Source: Candidatus Latescibacterota bacterium (GTDB lineage: Bacteria > Latescibacterota > UBA2968 > UBA8231). Taken from it: a DNA stretch of 64,000 nucleotides. Below the pieces are notes generated by a model. The model had not been told where the DNA came from. It was given only the letters and a program-made list of their open reading frames with translations, and did no database searches. Both the position numbers and the translations under genes were made by a program. Below, piece after piece: positions 31,445-41,043 of the stretch (the first letter of the stretch is position 1; every line of letters begins with the position of its first letter). The stretch spans positions 1,104,631 through 1,168,630 of the forward strand of contig CBDCNM010000001.1 in the NCBI GenBank assembly GCA_965219385.1, in the 5' to 3' direction.

Positions 31445-32618
31445 GGCGGACTCCTATTTGCCTTTCCAGCGGCCCGGAGATGTTGCGCTCGCCGTGCAGG
31501 CAGTCCCAGATCAAGCTTGCCGCCAGGGCGTGCCCCTGCGCGTTCCAGTGACTTTCCCGGTAATAGAGTTGCCGCGTTCGGGACGCTTGTTTGAATGGTT
31601 CGTACAGATCCAATACGGGAATGCCATACCGCTTTGCAAGTTCCGCAATCTTGCGATTGGGTTTTTGCAGATCGAACTCGCCGATGAGCCCGTGCAAATC
31701 GCGTTTGTAGCGCCAGTTCCCTTCCTCGGCCTGCACGATAGCCGGCACGTAGACCAGCAACATCTCGGCGCCTGCCTGTCTGATACTGAAGTGAAAAGCC
31801 TGAAGCAGTCGGCCCGTCAACTCCCACATACCCTCCAATCTGGAATCGCCTTTCGTCCCGTAGAGGGCCTCGTAGTAGCGTTGTTGCCGATCCTTGGAGA
31901 CCGCGGGCGCCAGGGCTTTGTCGATCAGGGCGAAGAGGTGCCAGTGCTGGCCGAGGTAATAGCGCAAGCGCGCGGGCCAGGGCCGCGACGCCCGGACCTT
32001 CTCGTCCCAGAAAACCGCCTTTTTCACCGGTACCCCGTGCAGACGCAAGCGCTGGTCCCGCCCTATCTTGAAAAAAGGTTTATTGCCGCGTTCGGCACCG
32101 ATTCCCCTGGGCAGGGCATTGTTCAACAAATCGTTGGCATAAAAAAAGACCAGCACTCTGTCAGGTTGGTAGAATTGCCCCAACTTTTGAAATAACAGCA
32201 TTTCCTGATCGGTGCCGTACCCCGCCACGCCAAAATTGATCACCTCGAAACCCGCTTTACCTCCGGTGCCTTGGCCCATCTTTTCGAGTTGCTTGCTCAC
32301 CGATTCTTCAAGCTGCACTCCCCACCCCTCGGCAAACGAATCCCCAAAAACCAGCAGGCGGTAAATTTGTGCCGCCTTTTCCCTTTTGTATTTTCGATCC
32401 CGAAGACCATCTGCATTGATGTGGTATTCTACCTCGAACTCCGGCTTCACCAACCATCCCGAGGCACGGGGAATGTGGGCCCAGCCCAATTCGCGATCAA
32501 ATTGCCAGACCCTGGGACGACGATATAGCTGCGGTTTTATCCAGCTCAACAGGACCTCGCCCAGCAACAATCCTACCAGAAGACTCGCCAGGCCCAGGGC
32601 GATTTTTGCGCTTCTCAA
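31437..32618 (-). CDS. SGNH/GDSL hydrolase (AlgX/AlgJ-like), N-terminal membrane anchor
   Basis: FGDSF (block I), INFGVAGYGTDQ, FYAND, ESHWNAQGH. Confidence 0.88.
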   Translation of the reverse strand: MRSAKIALGLASLLVGLLLGEVLLSWIKPQLYRRPRVWQFDRELGWAHIPRASGWLVKPEFEVEYHINADGLRDRKYKREKAAQIYRLLVFGDSFAEGWGVQLEESVSKQLEKMGQGTGGKAGFEVINFGVAGYGTDQEMLLFQKLGQFYQPDRVLVFFYANDLLNNALPRGIGAERGNKPFFKIGRDQRLRLHGVPVKKAVFWDEKVRASRPWPARLRYYLGQHWHLFALIDKALAPAVSKDRQQRYYEALYGTKGDSRLEGMWELTGRLLQAFHFSIRQAGAEMLLVYVPAIVQAEEGNWRYKRDLHGLIGEFDLQKPNRKIAELAKRYGIPVLDLYEPFKQASRTRQLYYRESHWNAQGHALAASLIWDCLHGERNISGPLERQIGVRRE

Positions 32619-32811
32619 CCCCCTTGTACTCCCAAATTGGCTACCAGGTGGGATGGTTCACCGATTCTAGGTGAAATTACTCTGCTCCAACAAAGCTGTC
32701 AACCAAGTGAGAACGGTTGCTCTCATTTTTCTCTACCCCTATATTTGATAACACCTTACAACAGCTTACTAGCCTCTATATACAGGCTGATTCAGGACGA
32801 GAACCCACTTC

Positions 32812-33927
32812 ATGAGACGCGTGCTGGTCACCGGCGGAGCTGGTTTCATCGGGTCAAATACAGTTGACCTTCTGCTTGAAAAGGGGTATGAGGTCCGCAT
32901 TCTAGATAGTCTGCAGGAACGCGTCCATCCACGTGGATGGCCCTCCTATACTCCACCGGCCGTAGATTGTATCCAGGGCGATGTGTGCAATCGACGGGAC
33001 TGGGAAAAAGCCCTGGATGGGGTCGAGGGCGTTATGCACCTGGCTGCGTACCAGGACTACATGCTCGACTTCGGTACCTTCTTCCAGGTGAATACCGTAG
33101 GCACCGCCCTCCTCTTTGAAGTGATTGTCGATCGCAAACTCCCGGTTGAAAAAGTGGTCCTGGCTTCCTCCCAAGCGGTATACGGGGAAGGCAAATACCT
33201 TTGCCCTGATCACGGGATCGCCTATCCTTCTTCGCGCTCGGCCGCCCAACTGGCTCGGGGTGAATGGGAGGTCCAGTGTCCTGTTTGCAGTGGTCCAATG
33301 GAGCACCAGCCTATTACCGAAGACACGGTGAATCCACACACCGCCTATGGTATCTCGAAATACGCCCTGGAGCTGGCGGCCCACAACCTGGGACGCAAAT
33401 ACGATATCCCCACCGTCAACATGCGCTACTCCATCGTCCAGGGGCCACGCAATTCCTTTTACAACGCCTATTCGGGCATCTGTCGGATTTTCATCCTGCG
33501 GTTGCTGCACGGCCAGCCGCCGATCTGTTACGAAGATGGGGGGGCCCTGCGCGACTATGTGTACGTGGGAGATGTTGCCCGCGCCAACCTCCTGGCCCTC
33601 GAAGACGAGCGGGCCGACTACCGTTCCTTCAATGTAGGAGGACAAAAGGCCACTTCTGTACTTGAATACGCCCTTCTTGCGGCCCGCGTCTGCCAGACAG
33701 ATATCAGACCAGAACTCCCCGGGGATTACCGCTTTGGCGATACCCGGCACACCGTTTCCTCCTGGGAGGCGCTCGCAGGGCTGGGCTGGAGGCCTGAAGT
33801 GCCGCTTGCAACCGTCATTGCCGAGTACGTCGAGTGGGTAAAGGAACAGCCCGAACCAGAAGATTTTTACGCCCGCGCCGAGCACGTGATGCGGGCGACC
33901 AATGTCATCCGCCAGGTCAGTGTATGA
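32812..33927 (+). CDS. NAD-dependent sugar-nucleotide epimerase/dehydratase
   Basis: VTGGAGFIG, ASSQAVYGEG, YGISK, RDYVYV; inserted CxxH...CxxC loop. Confidence 0.93.
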   Translation: MRRVLVTGGAGFIGSNTVDLLLEKGYEVRILDSLQERVHPRGWPSYTPPAVDCIQGDVCNRRDWEKALDGVEGVMHLAAYQDYMLDFGTFFQVNTVGTALLFEVIVDRKLPVEKVVLASSQAVYGEGKYLCPDHGIAYPSSRSAAQLARGEWEVQCPVCSGPMEHQPITEDTVNPHTAYGISKYALELAAHNLGRKYDIPTVNMRYSIVQGPRNSFYNAYSGICRIFILRLLHGQPPICYEDGGALRDYVYVGDVARANLLALEDERADYRSFNVGGQKATSVLEYALLAARVCQTDIRPELPGDYRFGDTRHTVSSWEALAGLGWRPEVPLATVIAEYVEWVKEQPEPEDFYARAEHVMRATNVIRQVSV

Positions 33928-34643
33928 AAGCCATGATCCTCGCAGCCGGTCGCGGCACCCGCCTTCGCCCCCTCACCAATACCTGCCCCAAGCCCATGAT
34001 CTCGATCGCCGACAAGCCACTGCTCGAGTACGTCATCCGCATTTTGGCCCTGCATGGCTTCGACGAGCTGGTAATCAATCTGCACCATCTTCCGGAAATC
34101 ATTCAGGAGTATTTTGGGGACGGCAGCGCCTGGAATGTAGACCTCAACTACTCTTTTGAAGAGGAACTGCTCGGCACCGCCGGTGCGGTGCAAAAAGCGG
34201 CGGGTTTCTTCGATGAACCCTTCCTGGTCTATTACGGCGACCAGCTCACCAATGCCGATCTCTCCGATTTTTGGCAAGCCCACAAAAGGGCAGGGGTCCA
34301 GGCCAGCCTTGGGTTGATATGGAAGAATGACCCTACCTCCCACGGGGTGGTACAACTGGATCGGCACAGGCTTGTTCGCCGTTTTATCGAAAAACCTCAG
34401 GCCCATCAAGTCTTCGACAACTACCTGGTAAACGCCGGCATCTACATCCTCGAGCCCGAGATCCTGAACTGGATCCCCCGGCCCCCCTGCGATTTTGGTT
34501 ACGATGTCTTCCCGGACTTACTGGCCGGTGGACAAGCCATCTATGGACACCACCTGAAAGGACAATTACTTTCTACCGATACCATGGAACGCTACCGCCA
34601 TACTCAACGACAAATAGAAGCCCAACACTTCATCCTTCCCTGA
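33924..34643 (+). CDS. Sugar-phosphate nucleotidyltransferase
   Basis: MKAMILAAGRGTRLRPLT..PKPM, E..LLGTAG, YGD, FIEKP, VNAGIY. Confidence 0.92.
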   Translation: MKAMILAAGRGTRLRPLTNTCPKPMISIADKPLLEYVIRILALHGFDELVINLHHLPEIIQEYFGDGSAWNVDLNYSFEEELLGTAGAVQKAAGFFDEPFLVYYGDQLTNADLSDFWQAHKRAGVQASLGLIWKNDPTSHGVVQLDRHRLVRRFIEKPQAHQVFDNYLVNAGIYILEPEILNWIPRPPCDFGYDVFPDLLAGGQAIYGHHLKGQLLSTDTMERYRHTQRQIEAQHFILP

Positions 34644-34653
34644 CCAGCCCCCA

Positions 34654-35502
34654 ATGCAACGGCTCCAGCTTGGCGATATCGAGATCATCCACATTTGTGC
34701 AGGTCATTTCCGCCTGGATGGAGGGGCCATGTTCGGCGTGGTACCCAGGCCGCTGTGGGAAGTCCAGGCTGCGCCCGATGCACAAAACCGCATTGCAATG
34801 GCGTGCAACTGTTTGTTGATCCGCAAGCAGGGTGAGCTGACCCTGATCGACACCGGGATCGGGGATCGCTTCACGGCCCGGGAACGGGAACTTTTTGCCA
34901 TTGACCCGGATATCCATGTCCTATCCTCTTTGCAAATGGAGGGCATCCGCCCCGAGCAGATCACCCAGGTGGTGATCACGCACCTCCACTTCGACCATGT
35001 GGGGGGAGCTTTGAGCCGCACGGATCAAGGCCTGAAGGCCACCTTTCCCCAAGCAATCCACATAATCCAGCAGGGCGAATGGGAAGATGCCCTCCAGGGG
35101 CGCAGCATCATGCGCTCCAGCTACCGCCCGGAAGATTTGCAAGCCCTGGAGACCAGCGGACGGATACGCTTTGTGGGGGGCGACACCGACCTCGGTTCCG
35201 GGATCTCTACCTTTGTCACCGGAGGACACACCGAGAACCACCAGGGAATCACCATTCGCACCGAAAGCCAGACAATCGCATATCCGGCCGACCTCCTCCC
35301 CACCCGCAACCACCTGCGGCCTTACTGGAATATGGCCTATGACATGTTCCCCTACCAGACTCTGAGGCGGAAGCAGGAATTCTTGCAGCAGGCCTGTGAA
35401 CAAGAGTGGATCATCGCCTGGAACCACGATCCCCAAAAACTCTGGAGCCGATTGCACCTAGACGACGCCCATTATATTGCCGAAGATCTGGAAAGCTGCT
35501 AG
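34654..35502 (+). CDS. Metallo-beta-lactamase-fold hydrolase (YtnP-like)
   Basis: LDGGAMFGVVP, THLHFDHVGG, GHT, ADLLP, HDP. Confidence 0.9.
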   Translation: MQRLQLGDIEIIHICAGHFRLDGGAMFGVVPRPLWEVQAAPDAQNRIAMACNCLLIRKQGELTLIDTGIGDRFTARERELFAIDPDIHVLSSLQMEGIRPEQITQVVITHLHFDHVGGALSRTDQGLKATFPQAIHIIQQGEWEDALQGRSIMRSSYRPEDLQALETSGRIRFVGGDTDLGSGISTFVTGGHTENHQGITIRTESQTIAYPADLLPTRNHLRPYWNMAYDMFPYQTLRRKQEFLQQACEQEWIIAWNHDPQKLWSRLHLDDAHYIAEDLESC

Positions 35503-35630
35503 AGAGCCCTTCCCTGATATCGGGATGGCATATAGTTCTGGCAACACCATTTTTTCCATTGCCTGCCGCTCGCGTATTTAATGGATTTTGCCGTACAAAC
35601 CCTTCATTAATCCCTGGAGTCACCCTCACC

Positions 35631-35867
35631 ATGTCTCTGGAAGTCATCGAAATATCCGAGGAACACAAACAATTACTGGACAAACTGGGCGAGTTGGTCC
35701 CCGATCTCAATCCAGAGTCCCCGCAAAGTCTACAACGCATCTTCGGCCTTGGCCTCATTGCCCTGACCATGCAGATAACCAACAAAGCCCGTCGACAAGA
35801 TCAGGACAAACTGGTGGAAGAACTGGGCGTTCTGGCACGGAAAGTGGTCAAAGCTGAAGAGTGGTAG
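35631..35867 (+). CDS. Small hypothetical protein (78 aa)
   Basis: GGAG SD upstream; helical, protein-like composition. Confidence 0.6.
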   Translation: MSLEVIEISEEHKQLLDKLGELVPDLNPESPQSLQRIFGLGLIALTMQITNKARRQDQDKLVEELGVLARKVVKAEEW

Positions 35868-36131
35868 AAATGGCATCTCCAGAACTTTTTGTAGAAGGTC
35901 TGGTTGCGCCGGGTTGTCCGCGGATACGTCCCCCCTACACAATTCGGTCTCCAGCGGTGCCTTCGAGCTGCACGTGCGCCTGATCCATCCCGCGAACAAC
36001 GGCTCTCTACTGTGGATCCTTTGCTCGACTCCCCGGCGTATATTTCGTGGGCCACCACACTCTTTAGGGGAGGCCCACCCCAGCCCCATGAGCGCATCTC
36101 TCCACCCCATCAACGACGGAGGATACCCCCC

Positions 36132-36230
36132 ATGCACACACAAACGATCCATCTCATCTTGGCGGCTCTGCTCGGCCTGAGCCGGGCGCGTGCAGCATTG
36201 GCGCAAGGCGATGAGGAGGTCATGTCATGA
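36132..36230 (+). pseudogene. Signal-peptide-only ORF (32 aa), probable truncated secreted-protein gene
   Basis: GGAGG SD; MHTQTIHLILAALLGLSRARAALAQ-GDEEVMS*; ATGA overlap with the next gene. Confidence 0.45.
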
Positions 36231-37717
36231 TCCGCTTGAGAAGCTCCTCATACCCTATCCCGTTCAGCCCCAGGCTCGCCCGGCGGGCCAGCGGCTGGTT
36301 GGTAGTGCTCTTGCTGTTGCCCGTCGGACTTGCCGGGCAGGAGGCCCCGCAGGTGACCCTGTACACGCCGGACGGTTCGCAGCAGCGCACGCTCAGCACG
36401 CCGATGGTGGTGGACGTGGGCCTGCCCAGCCCGGTGACGGCGCCCGTCTCGACGGTGACCGGCACCGGCACCGGTACGCAGACCACGGTGGAGGCCGTGG
36501 TCCGTGAAGGGACCGGCGGACAATCGGCGACCAGCTATGCGGCTGAAAGGATCTGGGCCCTGGCGGCCGACACGTCGGGCAATGTGTGGGTGGCGACGAA
36601 TGCCGGTCTGAGCCGCTTTGATGGCCAGCAGTGGACCACCTTCACCGAGGCGGACGGCCTGGCGGACGACGAGATCATTTCGGTAGCCGTGGATGGTCAG
36701 GGCCAGGTGTGGGCCGGGAGCTTGAATGGTCTCACCCGGTTCGACGGCCAGCGCTGGACCCGCTACCGGCTTGAGGAGAGAGGAAGACGCCGGGTCGCGG
36801 TAGCGCCGAATGGGAACGTGTGGTGTCTCGGCGGTGAAGGGTACCTCCTGGCGCGCTATGACGGGCAGGCCTGGCGGACCTACGCCGCCGCCGATATGGG
36901 CATCGAGGGGCGCGGCGATATTACCGAAGTTACCGCGCTGGCGGTTGATGGGTCGGGCACCTTGTGGGCCGGCTTTCTATTTTACGAAGTCACGTCGCAG
37001 GGGCAATTACGGGGGCCTGTCGGGCATACCCTGCTCACCTTTGATGGGGCGCAGTGGACCTCGTACCAGCTCGACGCCGGGATGATCTTCCCGGACAGCC
37101 AGGGCCGCGTCTGGACAAATTGTGCGGGGGGACTGTGTGTCAAGGAGGGTTCGACCTGGAAACGCTACGCCGAAACCGGGACCGGCGACAACACACGCTG
37201 GGGTGTTTATGGTATGACGGAGGACGCGGCGGGCCGACTGTGGATAGCGGGCAACTATTTCGGCGTGCTGGAGGGGACCACCTGGACCGGGTTCTACTAT
37301 GAGGAGTTCGGGGCTACTCATGCCCCGGTCATTGACAGCCGGGGCGATCTGTGGATCAGCTCCCGCAAGGGCCTGTACCGGTGGGCCCAGGCCGATCAGC
37401 CCACGGCCATCGAGTCCTCGGCGCCGCCCGGCGAGCCGCGCTCCTTCCACCTGGAGCAGAATTACCCCAACCCCTTCAACCAGACCACTCGCATCGGCTT
37501 TACCCTCAAGCAGCGGGCCGCGGTGGCGCTGCAGGTGTTCAACGCCCGCGGCCAGAGGGTGGCCACCCTGCTGCAGGGCACCTGGCCGGCGGGAGCCTAT
37601 CAGACCGCCTGGGACGGGCGCGATGGGCAGGGCCAGGCCGTGGCCAGCGGACTGTATATCTACCAGTTGTACGCCGGGGGGCGACAGGCCACCCGCAAGA
37701 TGATGCTGGTCCAATAA
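36227..37717 (+). CDS. Secreted beta-propeller (two-component regulator propeller repeats) with FlgD-Ig/T9SS-like C-terminal domain
   Basis: Signal peptide; repeats D..G.VWV.T..GLSRFDG..W; C-terminal LEQNYPNPFN...WDGRD..G..VASGLYIY. Confidence 0.85.
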   Translation: MIRLRSSSYPIPFSPRLARRASGWLVVLLLLPVGLAGQEAPQVTLYTPDGSQQRTLSTPMVVDVGLPSPVTAPVSTVTGTGTGTQTTVEAVVREGTGGQSATSYAAERIWALAADTSGNVWVATNAGLSRFDGQQWTTFTEADGLADDEIISVAVDGQGQVWAGSLNGLTRFDGQRWTRYRLEERGRRRVAVAPNGNVWCLGGEGYLLARYDGQAWRTYAAADMGIEGRGDITEVTALAVDGSGTLWAGFLFYEVTSQGQLRGPVGHTLLTFDGAQWTSYQLDAGMIFPDSQGRVWTNCAGGLCVKEGSTWKRYAETGTGDNTRWGVYGMTEDAAGRLWIAGNYFGVLEGTTWTGFYYEEFGATHAPVIDSRGDLWISSRKGLYRWAQADQPTAIESSAPPGEPRSFHLEQNYPNPFNQTTRIGFTLKQRAAVALQVFNARGQRVATLLQGTWPAGAYQTAWDGRDGQGQAVASGLYIYQLYAGGRQATRKMMLVQ

Positions 37718-37727
37718 GGAGACGACC

Positions 37728-40196
37728 ATGATCCGTACTACCCTGACGTCCCGTATGCCTACTCTGCGGCTGGTGGGCACCCTCTTGACCTGGGCGATGC
37801 TGGCCGGGCGGCCCACCGACGCTCAGGCCGAATTTCGCATTGGGGTGTGGCAACCCGGCGGGGTTCTACCCGCGGATACCCTCTTTACCCAGGACACGGT
37901 CGACGATCTCGATGCCCTGGGGGTGGACCTGCTGATCAATACGCCGACGCAAGTCGGAGTTGCCAGTGGTGGGTACCAGGATTTCGAAGAGAGCATAATG
38001 GAGCAGTGGAGCGGTGCGGAGCCGCCGGGTTCGAGGGGGTTCGTCGTCCAATTCGCGCCGGAAGGCCACAGCCGAGGATATGCTTGGTACTTGGAGCGGT
38101 ATGCGGGTTCGCTTTGTGATCGCAACCTCCACAATCCCATGACGGGATCCGAGAGGATGGACCTTGGTGAGACCGTGGACTTATTGGTGACCAAGTGGCG
38201 CGCGTATGATGCGTTCTACGGCTACCGCATCGGCCATGAGAGCACCCCTTGCGGTGGGATCTACAACGCGGCGACCTATGCCAACATGGTCACGGTGATC
38301 GACTCCATCCGGGCCCACGATACCACCCGCCGCATCCTGGCCATCGGCAATACCCGGTCCAGAGCATGGACCTCGGCGGAGCAGAACGCGTTCCGCACCC
38401 ATTTCTTCCGCCCCGCCAGCGAGTCGGGCCCGGCCAATATCTTCATGCAGGCAATCTATGAACTGGGGCCCCACCATGATAGCGAGACGGAGGTCCAGAC
38501 CGAAATCGATCAGATCGTCGCCGGCTTGAACACCATTGGCACCATGGTGCGCACGGCGATTGCCGAAGACCGCAGCAAGGCCGAGTGGCACTTCATCGCC
38601 AATGTCGGCGATCACTGGAGAACCCGAACCACCCCGTGCGACCACCCTTTTCGCCGGGTCCCGACGGTGGCCGAGCTGAAAGCACAGGTATACCTCGCTT
38701 TATCGCGCGGCGCGACCGGGATCACCTACTATTTGTACACCTCTTCTGAGCCCACTAGTTGTGTCGACAACTACCGGTATAACGGGTTGGTGGAATACCA
38801 AGACCCGGCCAATGATAATCAAAGGGCTCGAAGGATGCCGCACTGGAATAGGGTGAAAACGGTCAATGATACCCTGCGCACCCTGGGCGATACCCTGAAT
38901 CCGCTGACCTGGATGGCGGGCTTCCCCGCCGCCAGCCTGTCGGCTTCGACCTTGATCGACTCGGTGTGGGCCAGCGCCGATTCGGCGGCGGCGGGGCGGT
39001 TGGAGTTCGGCCAGTTCCACAACGCCGAGGCCGACTACCTCCTGGCCGTCAACCGCGACAGCCTCTGGACCGGGGGCCGCCGGACCCTCGACCTGCGCTT
39101 CGATACCGCCCAGATGCAGTCCGACGGCGCCGGAGAGGGGTACTACTTCGTCGAGGAAATCGTCACCGACGCCCTGGATACGCTGGTGGCCGATGCCCAC
39201 AGTCACGTCTGGGTCACCCAGCAGACCCTGGCCCCGGGCGATGCGCGGCTCTATCGGATCGAGCCCGCGCTGATCATCTCAGGGCCCGAACAGGTCGAGT
39301 TCGCCGAAAACAGCATGGACACGGTGGCCACCTACGGGGCTACTGATGCGGACGGCAACCCGGTGGCGGTGACGCTGGAGGGCACGGATGCCGGCCGTTT
39401 CACGATCTCTGGGGACACCCTCCGCTTCCATAGTGCGCCCAACTACGAGGGGCCGGCCGACAAGGTCGGCAACAACGTGTACAACGTAACGGTGACGGCC
39501 AGTGACGGGTCGTTGTCGGCGTCGCGGTCGGTGGCGGTGACGGTGACCGACGTGGCCGAGCCGCCGGAGCCGCCGACGATTGAAGCGGTGGCCCCGGCGG
39601 CGACCCATGGGCATGAGCGGCTGGATGTGCGTTGGACGGCGCCGGCCAACGCCGGCCGGCCGGCGCTGGAGGGGTTCCGGGTGGAATACTGTAGAAGACG
39701 CTGCAAACCATTTGAGAGCCCTTGGCCCGGCCACCAGGAGGTGGCAGGCGACTCGGCCACCAGCACCACGCTGACGAGGCTTCTCTCCGACCGCCAATAC
39801 CATGTGCGGGTGCGGGCCTGGAATGAAGAAGGCGACGGGGCGTGGGCGACAGCGACCGGTAGAACGAACGATCCCCCAAGGTGCAAGCGGGCGATGGCCT
39901 CGGACTCGGACTCCGTGCGGGTGTTCGCGGCCCAGGCCGCGCCCAACCCGTTTAATCTCCGCACCACGATTCAGTTCCAGGTGCCGGCCAGCGGGGCCGT
40001 CTCTGTGACGATCTACGACCTGACGGGGCAGGTCGTGCGCACGGTTGCGCCGGCGCGCTATCTCGAAGCCGGGTGGCACACCCTGGTCTGGGCCGGCCGG
40101 GACGATGCGGGGGCGCCGGTGGCCTCGGGGGTGTATCTGTATCGCTTGACCTGGGGCGAGCAGGCCCTGGTACGCAAAATCACCCTGCTGAAATAG
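37728..40196 (+). CDS. Secreted multidomain protein: glycoside-hydrolase-like TIM barrel, cadherin, FN3, FlgD-Ig/T9SS-like C-terminal domain
   Basis: YGYRIGHE, PT.AEL.AQVYLAL.RGA.GI.YY, cadherin (FAEN..PNYE.P.D..NNVY), FN3 (WTAP..YHVRVRAWN), PNPFN..VASGVY. Confidence 0.75.
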   Translation: MIRTTLTSRMPTLRLVGTLLTWAMLAGRPTDAQAEFRIGVWQPGGVLPADTLFTQDTVDDLDALGVDLLINTPTQVGVASGGYQDFEESIMEQWSGAEPPGSRGFVVQFAPEGHSRGYAWYLERYAGSLCDRNLHNPMTGSERMDLGETVDLLVTKWRAYDAFYGYRIGHESTPCGGIYNAATYANMVTVIDSIRAHDTTRRILAIGNTRSRAWTSAEQNAFRTHFFRPASESGPANIFMQAIYELGPHHDSETEVQTEIDQIVAGLNTIGTMVRTAIAEDRSKAEWHFIANVGDHWRTRTTPCDHPFRRVPTVAELKAQVYLALSRGATGITYYLYTSSEPTSCVDNYRYNGLVEYQDPANDNQRARRMPHWNRVKTVNDTLRTLGDTLNPLTWMAGFPAASLSASTLIDSVWASADSAAAGRLEFGQFHNAEADYLLAVNRDSLWTGGRRTLDLRFDTAQMQSDGAGEGYYFVEEIVTDALDTLVADAHSHVWVTQQTLAPGDARLYRIEPALIISGPEQVEFAENSMDTVATYGATDADGNPVAVTLEGTDAGRFTISGDTLRFHSAPNYEGPADKVGNNVYNVTVTASDGSLSASRSVAVTVTDVAEPPEPPTIEAVAPAATHGHERLDVRWTAPANAGRPALEGFRVEYCRRRCKPFESPWPGHQEVAGDSATSTTLTRLLSDRQYHVRVRAWNEEGDGAWATATGRTNDPPRCKRAMASDSDSVRVFAAQAAPNPFNLRTTIQFQVPASGAVSVTIYDLTGQVVRTVAPARYLEAGWHTLVWAGRDDAGAPVASGVYLYRLTWGEQALVRKITLLK

Positions 40197-40449
40197 AGGC
40201 GCCGACCTGAGCGGGGCGGGCCGCCGCCGGGTGGGTCGGCCGGGCCCTGCTGGAATCTCCCCATCTGGATGGTCGACCCAATATAGCCGAATGGCTGGAA
40301 GAGACGCGGCAGCCCAGGTGGACATGGAGGGCCCTCCGTCTCTCGCCCGAAGCGGGACTTTTTCTAATGCCCGGGTGCTCAACATTCTTAGCAGCGCGAT
40401 CCTCCGAAATGAATGTCGATTCCCATTTTGGCAATGTATATTTTTTATT

Positions 40450-40470
40450 TCTCATTTTTGAAAAATGAGA
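40450..40470. promoter_or_regulatory. Perfect palindrome; candidate activator or repressor site
   Basis: TCTCATTTTT-G-AAAAATGAGA in an AT-rich tract upstream of groES. Confidence 0.5.
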
Positions 40471-40631
40471 TAACTTAAATATTAACAAAATTTTATTTAT
40501 AACAATAGCTGTACGTTATATTTATAATTATCATATTGGGGAAAACCCCTGCCCTCCCGGATTTGATATCGCCTGCCCCTACAATCTCCAACAACTTGTA
40601 TTCATTTAACTTACCAAAAGACGACCCGTCC

Positions 40632-40647
40632 TGGCACGGATCTTGCT
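40632..40647 (+). promoter_or_regulatory. Sigma-54 (RpoN) -24/-12 promoter of groESL
   Basis: TGGCAC-GGATC-TTGCT is an exact match to TGGCAC-N5-TTGCW, about 70 nt before groES. Confidence 0.72.
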
Positions 40648-40718
40648 GTATGATATCCTGCTGGTTATTCCCGCGTTTATCTATTTACCATCACAATTGG
40701 CAAAGGAGAGAATATCTC

Positions 40719-41015
40719 ATGGCTAATATCAACATCAGACCACTGGCGGATCGCGTCCTGGTCAAGCGCCTGGACGATGAAGAAGAGCAGAAAGTGGGAG
40801 GAATCATCATCCCGGACACCGCCAAGGAGAAGCCGCAGGAGGCCGAGGTCGTGGCCATAGGTCCTGGCAGCCTCGAAGATGGCAAGCGGATCGCCCCCGA
40901 AGTCAAAGAGGGCGACAAGGTGCTGATCGGCAAATACTCCGGCACCGAGGTCAAAATCGAAGGCGAAGACTACCTGATCATCCGCGAAGACGAACTTCTG
41001 GCCATCGTAGAGTAA
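40719..41015 (+). CDS. groES: Co-chaperonin GroES
   Basis: [44 protein letters not shown]. Confidence 0.98.
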   Translation: MANINIRPLADRVLVKRLDDEEEQKVGGIIIPDTAKEKPQEAEVVAIGPGSLEDGKRIAPEVKEGDKVLIGKYSGTEVKIEGEDYLIIREDELLAIVE

Positions 41016-41043
41016 AGAGTAACTAGAGGAAGGATATACCATT

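Noticed and set aside
35877..40372. IS-like ends bounding the first island (AACTTTTTGTAGAAGGTC and GACTTTTTCTAATGCCC)
   Set aside because: Weak similarity, same orientation, no target duplication; insufficient support
40200..40718. CIRCE/HrcA operator and the 159-aa N-terminally extended GroES ORF
   Set aside because: No CIRCE inverted repeat found; the real GroES start is ATG 40719 with a strong SD
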